This document shows positions 9,052 through 26,213 of a stretch of DNA of 64,000 nucleotides, piece after piece. The notes beneath the pieces are model-generated. The model was given only the letters and a program-made list of their open reading frames with translations, searched no databases and was not told the DNA's origin. The position numbers were made by a program, and so were the translations under genes. Every line of letters starts with the position of its first letter. Positions within the stretch are counted from its first letter, which is position 1. Source of the stretch: an uncultured Actinomycetes bacterium (GTDB lineage: Bacteria; Actinomycetota; Thermoleophilia; Solirubrobacterales; 70-9); NCBI GenBank assembly GCA_963708405.1, contig CAVPSL010000002.1:426959-490958 (forward strand). The letters run 5' to 3'.

Positions 9052-9897
9052 CTACGGGGCGGTAACCGCCCAAACGCCCTGGACGAAGTTGTCCGCTTCG
9101 GCGTTTTCGAATTTCGCCAGCAGGCCGAAGCCGAGCCGGTTGTTGGTAGTGCCGTCGATCGCCAGTTCGGCTTTCGGGGTGGCGCTGGTGATGTAGATGC
9201 AGAGCTGACCGCCGAGTGCTTGCGGGGTCGTGTTGCCGCCACCGAGGCCGGGGCAGTTCCCGTTCGTCGTGCCCGGGGCCAGCACGTTCGGATTTGCCGT
9301 CGCCAGCAGCGGGAACTGGAAGCTGACCGAGTCGCGGAAGCTGGCCGCTTTGACGAAGCCCGCTTCTTTGCCGGCGCTACTGCCGCCGAGGTCAAAGACC
9401 CCACGCAGCGTCTGGCCGCTCTTCGGGTTGCCGATGATCGGCCCCAGTTCTTCGCCGAACTTGCTGCTCACCTTGCTCGCGGTGACGGCGCCGTTGGTGA
9501 TGTTGGAGTTGCCTACCGCGTTGGCGGCCAGTTTCTGGCCGGTGACGGCGCCGTTGTTGAGCTTGTTGGTCGTCACCACGCCGTTCTTGATCGAGTTGGC
9601 GATCACGGCGCCGGCGCCGATCTTGGCGCTGGTGATCGCGCCGTTGCCGATATTGCTGGGGCCAATCGCGTTGGGGCCGATCTTGCCCGGGCCGACCGCG
9701 CCGGCCGCGAGTTTGCCGCTCGTCACCGCTTGCTTGCGGATCTTCGCTGCGGTCACGGCGCCCTTCTTCAGTTGGTTGGTGCCGACGCTGTTCTTCGGCA
9801 GGCCGGCAGCCACCGCGGCGCCGCCCAGGGCGACGAAAAGGGCGATGGTGGCGATCACGTTCGAGTAGTTGAGCTTCGGGAGAAGCTTGAGATTCAT
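9052..9897 (-). CDS. Membrane-anchored/secreted protein with about 11 tandem decapeptide repeats (V-T-x-x-K-I-x-x-G-A) and a globular C-terminal domain
   Basis: An N-terminal hydrophobic anchor (VIATIALFVALGGAAVAAG) is followed by repeats such as GAVTAAKIRKQAVTSGKLAAGAVGPGKIGPNAIGPSNIGNGAITSAKIGAGAV. Good SD (aaaaaggagg) upstream of ATG 9897. Confidence 0.7.
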   Translation of the reverse strand: MNLKLLPKLNYSNVIATIALFVALGGAAVAAGLPKNSVGTNQLKKGAVTAAKIRKQAVTSGKLAAGAVGPGKIGPNAIGPSNIGNGAITSAKIGAGAVIANSIKNGVVTTNKLNNGAVTGQKLAANAVGNSNITNGAVTASKVSSKFGEELGPIIGNPKSGQTLRGVFDLGGSSAGKEAGFVKAASFRDSVSFQFPLLATANPNVLAPGTTNGNCPGLGGGNTTPQALGGQLCIYITSATPKAELAIDGTTNNRLGFGLLAKFENAEADNFVQGVWAVTAP

Positions 9898-9986
9898 GGG
9901 CTTCTGCGCCTCCTTTTTTGCGTTTCAGCCGTCTTTCGCGCCCGCGGGGTCGAAGACCTGCGTTTGATCGGGCATACTTCCCCAAC

Positions 9987-10937
9987 ATGGAGCAGGCGGA
10001 TTTGATTTGGCAGAACGGGGAGCTAGTTCCCTGGGAGGACGCGAAAGTGCACGTCCTCACGCACGCGATGCACTACGGGACGGGCGTCTTCGAGGGCATC
10101 CGCTGCTACGAAACCGACCGTGGACCGGCGATTTTCCGCCACCGCGAGCATCTCGAGCGGCTCGCCAAGTCGGCCGAGCTCTACTACCTGGAGATGCCCT
10201 TCACGACGGAGCAGATCCGCCAGGGCACGCATGAGCTGATCCGCGGCTGCAACCTCGACTCCTGCTACATCCGGCCACTCGTCTTCCGCGGCTACGGCAG
10301 CCTCGGCCTCTACGCGACCGACGCGCCGGTGGAAGCGATCGTCGCCGCCTTCCCATGGGGGGTCTACCTCGGCGAGGAGGCCGCCCGCAGCGGTATCCGT
10401 GCTGCCGTCTCCTCCTGGCGGGCAATCTCCGGCGACAGCTTGATCCCGCACTCCAAGGCGGCCGGCCAGTACCTCAACTCGATCCTCGCCAAGACGGAGG
10501 CGCAGAAAGCCGGCTACGAAGAGGCGATCCTGCTCGACCAGCACGGCCACGTCTCCGAGGGCTCGGGCGAGAACATCTTCGTCGTCCGCGACGGCGTCCT
10601 GATCACGCCCGGGCACACCAACGCCATCCTCGATGGGATCACCCGCGGCGCCGTGGTCCAGATCGCCCGCGACATGGGCTACCAGGTCGAAGAGCGCGAC
10701 ATCGCCCGCGCCGAGCTCTACCTCGCCGACGAGGTCTTCCTCACCGGCACCGCCGCCGAGCTGGTGCCGGTGCGCGAGATCGACAACCACCCGATCGGCG
10801 AGCCGGGCGAGATCACCCGCATGATCCAGAAGAAATTCGACGACGCTCTGCACGGCCGCGCCGAGGAGTACCTGGAGTGGCTGGACTTCGTTGAGATGCC
10901 CGCCGAGGTCGACTCGGCCAGTAAGGTGGGCTCCTGA
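9987..10937 (+). CDS. ilvE: Branched-chain amino acid aminotransferase
   Basis: MEQADLIWQNGELVPWEDAKVHVLTHAMHYGTGVFEGIRCY...SGENIFVV..G.L.TP....ILDGITR. The start was chosen at ATG 9987, with CATACT 8 nt upstream. Confidence 0.9.
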   Translation: MEQADLIWQNGELVPWEDAKVHVLTHAMHYGTGVFEGIRCYETDRGPAIFRHREHLERLAKSAELYYLEMPFTTEQIRQGTHELIRGCNLDSCYIRPLVFRGYGSLGLYATDAPVEAIVAAFPWGVYLGEEAARSGIRAAVSSWRAISGDSLIPHSKAAGQYLNSILAKTEAQKAGYEEAILLDQHGHVSEGSGENIFVVRDGVLITPGHTNAILDGITRGAVVQIARDMGYQVEERDIARAELYLADEVFLTGTAAELVPVREIDNHPIGEPGEITRMIQKKFDDALHGRAEEYLEWLDFVEMPAEVDSASKVGS

Positions 10938-11055
10938 TGTTCCTCGCTTTCGACGCGACCGGGCGAATTACCGCAGCCGCCTAGCGGCTGGCACGGCGCT
11001 GCCGTGCGCGCGGGCCCATGGCCCTCCCCGATCTTCGACTCGAAAGGCAGTACTG

Positions 11056-12611
<1,556 letters not shown>

Positions 12612-12615
<4 letters not shown>

Positions 12616-13746
12616 GCGGCGCGGAGCCCGAGCAGATCCCTCTCGCCAAGCCCGAGCTCGGCGCCCGCGAGGAGGAGCTGGTGCTGGAGGTGCTGCGCTC
12701 CGGCCGGCTCTCGCTGGGGCCGCTGGGGGAGCGCTTCGAGCGCGCCTTCGCCGACTGGCTCGGGGTCGGCGGACGCGGTTGCGGTCTCCAGCGGCACCAC
12801 CGCCCTGCACCTCGGCGTGCGGGCGCACGGCTGGGGCGCCGGCGACGAGGTCCTGACCAGCCCCTTCAGCTTCGTCGCCTCGGCCAACTGCCTTCTCTAC
12901 GAGGGCGCCCGGCCGGTCTTCTGCGACGTCGATCCGCTGACCCTGAACCTCGATCCCGCGGCGGCCGCGGCAGCGGTCGGCGAGCGCACCGCTGGCATCC
13001 TGCCGGTCCACATCTTCGGCTACCCGGCGGCGCTGCCGGAGCTGGAGACGGCTCGCCGTCGCCGCACGGGCTCGGTATCCTCGAGGACGCCTGCGAGGCG
13101 CTCGGCGCGTCGACTCCGAGGGGCGCCGGGTCGGCGCCGCGCGGCAACCTCGCCACCTTCGCCTTCTACGCCAACAAGCAGATGACGACGGGGGAGGGGG
13201 GCATGATCGTCCCCCGCGACGCCGAGGAGGCGGCGCGCCTGCGCAGCGAGCGCAACCAGGGCCGCGCGGTTGACATGGGCTGGCTCGACCACGACCGGCT
13301 CGGCTTCAACTACCGACTCTCCGACCTCGCCGCGGCGATCGGACGTCGCCCAGGTCGAGAAGCTCGACTAGCTGTTGGCGGCCGCGATCGCCGTCGCGGC
13401 GCTGTACGCGCAGCGGCTGGCGGCGATCGAGGGCGTGCGAGACACCGCTGCCGGCGCGCGGCGAGGAGCGGCGCAGCTGGTTCGTCTACGTCGTGCTGCC
13501 GGAGGGGGTCGATCGCGACGCGTCGATCGAGCGCCTGGCCGAGCGCGGGCATCGCCAGCAAGGCCTATCTGCCCTGCATCCACCTCTTCCCGCACCTGCG
13601 CGAGCTCGGCTACCGCGAGGGCCAGTTCCCGGTCGCCGAAGCGGCCTCGGCCCACTCGCTGGCGCTGCCCTTCTTCCCGGCGATGGGCGAGGGCGCAGGT
13701 GGACCGCGTCTGTGAGGAGCTGGCGGCGGCAATACGATCCGCCTGA
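12612..13746 (+). pseudogene. DegT/DnrJ/EryC1/StrS-family PLP aminotransferase, about 9 frameshifts plus one in-frame TAG
   Basis: The GTG start overlaps the cimA stop (GTGA). Homologous segments are spread over three frames: IPLAKPELGAREEELVLEVLRSGRLSLGP, SSGTTALHLGVRAHGWGAGDEVLTSPFSFVASANCLLYEGARPVFCDVD, GLGILEDACEALGA, NLATFAFYANKQMTTGEGGMIV and IASKAYLPCIHLFPHLRELGY. An in-frame TAG lies at 13369-13371. Confidence 0.8.
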
Positions 13747-13773
13747 GCGCCCCGCCGATCCGCCGAGGAGGCC

Positions 13774-15174
<1,401 letters not shown>

Positions 15175-15196
<22 letters not shown>

Positions 15197-15781
15197 GCGC
15201 GCGCCAACCGGAGCGTCTCGACTCGCTGACTTCTTCGATCGCTCGGTCCACGAGGTCGCCCGAGACCTGGTCGGCTGCCGGCTCTTCTTCGGCGGCTGCG
15301 GCGGCATCATCGTCGAGACCGAGAGCTACGAGCGCGACGACCCCGCCTGCCACGCCTACGTCGGCCTGACCGAACGAACCGAGCGTCCTCTTCGGGCCGC
15401 CCGGCCGCGCCTACGTCTACCTCTCCTACGGGATCCACAGCCTGCTCAACGCCGTCTGCGAACCGGAGGGCGAGGCGGCGGCGGTGCTGATCCGGGCCTT
15501 GGAGCCGACCGCCGGCCTGGAGGCGATGCGGAGCCGCCGCGGCGAGCGCCCCGACGCGCGAGCTCTGCTCGGGTCCCGGCAAGCTGACCGAGGCGCTCGG
15601 GATCGGCCTCGAGCAGAACGACACCGACCTCTGCCGCGACCCGTTCCTGCTGCTGCCGCCGGCGGGCGAGCCGCCGGCGATCGTCACCGGCCCGCGGATC
15701 GGCATCACCAAAGCGGTCGAGCGGCCCTGGCGCTTCTGCGCCGCCGGCAGCCCCTTCGTCTCCCGGCCCGCCGGCCGCTAG
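15175..15781 (+). pseudogene. mpg: DNA-3-methyladenine glycosylase (Mpg/AAG family), at least 3 frameshifts; start uncertain
   Basis: Segments [18 protein letters not shown]...[43 protein letters not shown] and [14 protein letters not shown]...[16 protein letters not shown] lie in successive frames. The TAG at 15779-15781 overlaps the convergent PBP stop (CTAG). Confidence 0.7.
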
Positions 15782-18072
15782 CCGGCGGTGACGCCGCCAC
15801 CGCCGCCGGCCCCTTCCGGTGCGGCTTCGGGAGCCGCTTCCGGCGTTGCTTCGGGCGTCGCTTCCACTTCCGGCGCGGCTTCGACTTCGGTTTCGGGGGC
15901 GGCTTCTTCGACCGCTTCCGGCGCCGTTTCTTCGACCGCCGATTCGGGCGCGGAATAGCTTTCGCTTTCCCCTTCGTCTTCCTTGCCCGACCCCTTTGCC
16001 GCCTTCTTCGCCTTGCGTTCGGCGGCGTGTTCGGCCTGGATTTCCTCCCAGGCGGAGATCACGCTTGGCCCAGATCAGGGCCGGGAAGGTGCCGCCCATC
16101 ACCGGGCCGCCGTTGTAGAGGGTGGTCATCGGCGTCGTCGAGTCGGCGTAGCCGACCCAGACGCAGGCGGTGACTTCGTCGCTGACGCCGCCGCAGAACC
16201 AGGCGTCGCCGTTGTTCTCGGTCGTCCCCGTCTTGCCCCACTGGCCTTCGGCGCCGATCTGGGCGTTGGTGCCGGTGCCGCTGGAGACGACCGTTTCGAG
16301 GATGCTCTTCGCCTCTTCGGCGGTGCCTTCCTTGATCACCTGCGTGTGCGTCGAGTCGTTGTCGCCGCCCTTGATCACGTGGCCGTCGTGGTCGGTGACT
16401 TCGGTGAAGGCGACCGGGCTGTCGCCGGGTTTGGGGGCGAGGGTGCCGCTGACGCGGTCGCCGTTGTTGCCGATCGTCGTGTAGGCGTAGGTCCAGCCCA
16501 GCGGCGTGACGCCTTCGGTTAGCCCGCCCAGCACCATCGCCGGGTTGGTCGAGATCGGGTCGGCGTAGCCGGCCTTGTGGATCGTTCCCGCGATCGAGCG
16601 GGTGCGGTCCTCGACCGTCTTGCCCTTCAGCCCTTCGAGTCCGAGCTGGGCGTAGATCGAGTTGTCCGAGTAGGTCGTGGCGCAGATGATGTCGCAGGAG
16701 CCGAGGTAGGAGTCCTCGTCGTTGTGGACGACGAACGTTTCCTGGCCGTTCTTGCCGAAATGGAATTCCTGCGGCGCCGATTCGTAGGTCGTTTAGGGCG
16801 AGATGCCCTCTTCCAGCGCCGTCAGCAGCGTGAAGGGCTTGATCGAGGAGCCGGGCTGGCGGTGGCCCTGCGTCGCCAGGTTGAAGGGCTTGGTCTTCGA
16901 AGTCGGGACCGCCGACCATCGCCTTGATCGAGGCGTTGCGGTTGTCGATCACGACCACGGAGGCGGTCGCCGGCAGGTAGCCGAGGTAGGAGTTGACCGC
17001 TTCTTCGGCCGCTTCCTGCAGCTTCAGGTCGAGCGTCGACTTGACTTTGAGGCCGCCGAAGAAGGCCTTCGCGGCGCCGTAGCGTTCGACCAACTGCTGG
17101 CGCAGGTAGGCGGTGAAGTAGGGCGCCTTGGAATCGAAGCTCGGCGGTTCGATGTCGCTCGGCGAGGGCAGGGCCTGGCTGGATCGCCTTCTTCGTATTG
17201 CTGTTCGGAGATGTAGCCCTGTTCCTGCATCTTTTCGCAGCACGAGGTTGCGCCGCACAGCGAGTTTTCGGGATAGAGCTTGGGGTCGTAGGCCGAGTTG
17301 GCGAGTCGATCATCGCCGCCAGCGTCGCCGCCTCCCAGGGCTCCAGCACCGAGGCGCAGGGCTCCTCCGGCGTGCCGCAACCCGGGTGGGCCTCGCCGAA
17401 GTAGGTGCGAGCGGCGGCCTCGATCCCGTAGGCGCCCTCGCCGAAGTAGATCGTGTTCAGGTACTCGGTGAGGATCTTGTCCTTGCTCCAGTGGCGCTCG
17501 AGCCGGTAGGCAAGCGCCGCCTCGCGGAACTTCTCCAGGATCGTGCGGCTGCCTTGGGCTTCCAGCGCGTTCTTGACGAACTGCTCGGTGATCGTCGAGG
17601 CGCCCTGCTGCGGCGCTCTGGCTGAGGATGTCCTTGACGAGGGCGCGGCCGATGCCCTGGAAGTCGACGCCGTCGTGTTCGTAGAAGCGCGAGTCCTCGA
17701 TCGAGACCACCGCGTTCTTGATGTTGGGCGAGATCTGTGCCGAGCTGAGCAGGATTTTGTTCTGGTCGCTGGTCAGCGTCCCCATCGGCTCCCCGTTGGC
17801 GTCGAAGAGCTCGCTGTTTTTCGAGGCCTTGTACTGGGCGAAGTTGTAGATCGCCGGCAGGTCCTGGGAGACCGCGGCCATCATCCCGAAGACCATCGAG
17901 ACGACGGCGAGGATGCCGAGCCCGAGCAGGACGAAGAGGACCCGCAGCTTCTTCAGCCGCGGCCGCTTGCGCGATGGCGGCGTCGACGCCGGGATCGAGG
18001 TGGGGGAGGCGGGGGGATAGGCGGGACACTGCCGCCGTCGTCGCTCCGGCGCTTTAGTCGAAGGACTGCCAT
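15778..18072 (-). pseudogene. Class A penicillin-binding protein (glycosyltransferase + transpeptidase), many frameshifts
   Basis: N-terminus MAVLRLKRRS..., then TM helix LRVLFVLLGLGILAVV. GT51 motifs AVVSIEDSRFYEHDGVD and GASTITEQFVKN. Transpeptidase motifs GSSIKPF and KTGTTENNGDAWFCG. Acidic APE-rich tail. The pieces lie in all three minus-strand frames. Confidence 0.85.
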
Positions 18073-18125
18073 CGAAAAAGGAAAGCCCGGCGACCTGAGC
18101 GGCGCGCCGAGCGGAGGCGGCAGTC

Positions 18126-18131
18126 TAGCAT
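18126..18131 (+). promoter_or_regulatory. -10-like hexamer TAGCAT exactly 7 nt upstream of tyrS ATG 18139 (leaderless-type promoter candidate)
   Basis: TANNNT hexamer, a 7-nt gap and then ATG, with no SD. The same geometry recurs at several other first genes in the window. Confidence 0.4.
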
Positions 18132-18138
18132 TGCGCCG

Positions 18139-19331
<1,193 letters not shown>

Positions 19332-19334
<3 letters not shown>

Positions 19335-19360
19335 GCAAACGTCCGCCGCAGCGCTATACT
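19332..19360 (+). promoter_or_regulatory. Candidate rRNA operon promoter (-35 TAGGCA, 17-nt spacer, -10 TATACT)
   Basis: Hexamers at 19332-19337 and 19355-19360 lie about 260 nt upstream of mature 16S. No other hexamer pair in this leader looked as good by eye. Confidence 0.4.
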
Positions 19361-19618
19361 CCCCCGTCCTTCTGGGGCTGCCCTTGTGCGGCCCCGATGC
19401 GTTGAAGAGCGGCGAGTCCCGCCGCAGAGGCGCAGCGGTCTTTGAAAACTGAGCAGCGTGCACTCCGTGGGCCCATCAACGGGTCTGCGGAATGTTTGAG
19501 CCCGACCCATTCGGTCGCGCCAGCGTGCCGGATGGTCTGATTTACCCGTCATGCCGGTCGCCGATTTGTGTACCCGGTGGCCCGCCAGGCATGACAGGCT
19601 CTCTGTAAGAAGTACACT

Positions 19619-21165
<1,547 letters not shown>

Positions 21166-21380
21166 AGGGAGATTTCTCTAGAACGTCGACCGGGCTCCCC
21201 ACTGACATTACGTGTGGTGGGAACGCTGCTCAGTTTTGAGAGACCACCACGGAAGAACTCCGTGGTGCGCCTCGGTGGACCTTGAAAACTGCACAAGGCC
21301 AATAATCGAGACCCGCTTAGGCGGGTTTTGAGGGTATTTAATTTACGATCCACACACTTTAGTGTAGTGGATCGCTCACC

Positions 21381-24379
<2,999 letters not shown>

Positions 24380-24446
24380 GATATTTTTATTACTTACCTT
24401 GAGGCCTTGTGCGGTTTTCAAGCTCCACCGGGGCGGTCTCGCAAAA

Positions 24447-24564
24447 TTCCGGTGGCGCATAGCGAGTGGGAAACACCTCTTCCCATTCCGAACAGAGCAG
24501 TTAAGCCACTCAGCGCCGATGGTACTTGGGGGGCAACCCCCTGGGAGAGTAGGTCGCCGCCGGT
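24447..24564 (+). rRNA. rrf: 5S ribosomal RNA
   Basis: CCGGTGGCG...CCCATTCCGAACAGAGCAGTTAAGC...GGGAGAGTAGGTCGCCGCCGG, with the 5'/3' ends pairing as helix I. Followed by TTTTT. Confidence 0.9.
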
Positions 24565-24573
24565 TTTTCTGAG

Positions 24574-24739
24574 GAGGCCCGGGTCGCGCGGAAGCGCGGC
24601 CCGGTTGCCTCCGAATCAGCTGCGCGTTAAGCCCCCTCAGCGGGGCTCGCGTGGCGCTGCTACGCCACGCCGCACGTCGTCGGCTTCCCGCTTGCTGCTC
24701 GAAGGCCCCGGACTCGCGCTTCCGCGCGACCCGGGCCTC
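24574..24739. repeat. Pair of inverted REP-like hairpin units (25-bp perfect inverted repeat, 116-nt spacer)
   Basis: GAGGCCCGGGTCGCGCGGAAGCGCG at 24574-24598 is the exact reverse complement of 24715-24739. Each arm is itself a hairpin, with a GGAA or TTCC loop. Two more perfect hairpins lie between the arms, at 24630-24647 and 24649-24670. Confidence 0.55.
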
Positions 24740-25133
24740 GAGTGTCGTTCGTTGCCACCAGGGCTGAATGCTGCTGGCGGCGGGTGCGGGAGCCGCAGAG
24801 GATGTCGAAGTAGGGGCTGTCCGTGGTGACGGACGAGAAGGTCGTGATGGTCGACTTCGCGGGGGCCGCGGGGGCGCACTCGGGTCGCGGGGTTGGCGGG
24901 CGGCCGGGGGCCTGCGATCGGCTTCGCAGGGCTGGGCGGTTCTCCCAACGGGCTCTAGCCCGTACTCACCCAGCGTCGCGAAGTCGATCAGCAGGTCGGC
25001 AGCGTCGGCCAACCGGTTGGTTAGCGTTTGCTTAGAATCGAACATGGGTTCGTAAGGTACGCCGGTCCTCGGACGGCATCTAGAAACTGCAACGCGAGTT
25101 GCAGGGAGGCGGCGGAAACGGCTCTGGCAAGCG

Positions 25134-25163
25134 GCAGCGCTGCTGGCTAGCCAGCAGCGCTGC
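25134..25163. repeat. Perfect 30-bp palindrome GCAGCGCTGCTGGCT|AGCCAGCAGCGCTGC
   Basis: Read directly from the sequence. It is preceded by a CTGCAAC-GCGA-GTTGCAG hairpin at 25087-25104. Confidence 0.6.
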
Positions 25164-25283
25164 GAACCCCAGAAGCGCTTCAGCGAGGCTCTCGACGGGT
25201 AAATGCTGCGGCTCTTGGCCGCTCCGCCGCGCCTCGTGGCGGAGAATCCTAGGGACTCAGGGACGTTTTGCCAAATGCGAGAA

Positions 25284-26189
25284 CTAGGCTGGGCGGTCTC
25301 GGCCGGTTTCTCGACGTTGGGAGAGTGGCCGGCGCCGGCGATCAGCTTCGTCTCGATGCCGGGATCGGCGGCGCGGTAGGCGGCGAGTGCCTTGCGCGGG
25401 TCGTTGGCGATCTGCTCCTCGGCGCCGAACATGGCCAGGGTCGGCTTGGCGACGGCGGCGGCACGCTGCGGCAGCGCTTTTTCGCCGGTGTAGCTGTCGA
25501 AGGCACCGTGCGAGCCGGAGTAGGAGCTGTAGGTCATCCGCTTGACGTCGTCGACGAAGGCGTCGGGAACGTCGTAGCCGGGCGCAAAGGCGACCTTGAG
25601 GCCGTCCTTGATCGAGAAGTCGGGCTTGATCCGCCAGAGCAGCTCGCCGAGCACCGGCTTGAACGGCAGTTCGCCGATCAGACCGACGCTGCCGTAGGAG
25701 TCGTCGGGGATGCTGTCGATCAGGACCATGCGGTCGACGATCTGCGGCGAGCGTTCGGCCAGCGCCAGCGTCACCGGGCCGCCCAGCGAGTGGCCGACCA
25801 CCTCGGCATGGCTGATGTGGAGCCGTTCCAGGGCCTCGCCGACGGCCTCGGCCTGGTCGGGGATCGAGTAGCCGGAGGCCGGTTTTTCGGAGCCGTCGTG
25901 GCCGAGCAGGTCGACGGCGACGACGCGGTGCCTGCGGCTCAGCGCCGGCAGCATCCCGTCCCACCAGTTGATCCCGCAGGTGAAGCAGTGGATGAGGACA
26001 ATCGGGCTGCCGTCGCGGGGCCCGCGTTCGAGGACCTGGAGTTCGCCGCGCAGGCAGGTCGAGAATGCGGCCGCCGGGCACGGTTACCTCAGCCTTCTTC
26101 GTTTCGCCGTCGACCAGGAGGGCGTTGACGACCAGCACGACGACAAGCGCCGCGACTATGCCGATCGCGATCTTCCACCCCCTCCTCAT
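25284..26189 (-). pseudogene. Alpha/beta hydrolase fold protein with N-terminal TM anchor; frameshift near 26055-26065; 3' end uncertain
   Basis: The gene starts MRRGWKIAIGIVAALVVVLVVNALL and then shifts frame. It continues LQVLERGPRDGSPIVLIHCFTCGINWWDGMLPAL...VVGHSLGGPV (nucleophile elbow GHSLG)...GAGHSPNVEKP. The catalytic-domain frame has no stop until 24344, inside the 23S rRNA gene, so a further indel near 25250-25300 is assumed. Confidence 0.7.
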
Positions 26190-26213
26190 CTGGTCGTTAC
26201 CCTAGCCGGACTC

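Noticed and set aside
9440-9780. 30-bp periodic DNA repeats that might be taken for a tandem-repeat or CRISPR-like array
   Set aside because: The periodicity is imperfect at the DNA level and corresponds exactly to in-frame decapeptide repeats of a coding gene. There are no unique spacers.
10937-10984. Short ORF MFLAFDATGRITAAA overlapping the ilvE stop as a possible Ile/Leu leader peptide for cimA
   Set aside because: It has no run of regulatory (Ile/Leu/Val) codons and no evident coupling to the downstream hairpins.
18073-18138. T-box leader upstream of tyrS; also checked upstream of proS and leuA
   Set aside because: The spacers are too short (66 nt for tyrS) and lack the conserved T-box sequence and specifier-loop features. 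tyrS instead shows a leaderless-type promoter.
21166-21380. Possible tRNA genes in the 16S-23S spacer, and elsewhere in the window
   Set aside because: No T-loop (GGTTCGAATCC-like) or cloverleaf-compatible segment was seen. The spacer is only ~215 nt and is largely taken up by processing-stem sequences.
24800-25045. Minus-strand small ORF starting MFDSKQTLTNRLADAADLLIDFATLGEYG
   Set aside because: It has no SD or promoter-like hexamer. After ~30 residues the sequence becomes Pro/Arg-rich and merges with the read-through hydrolase frame. It is kept only as a possible gene remnant, discussed under the non-coding-gap finding.
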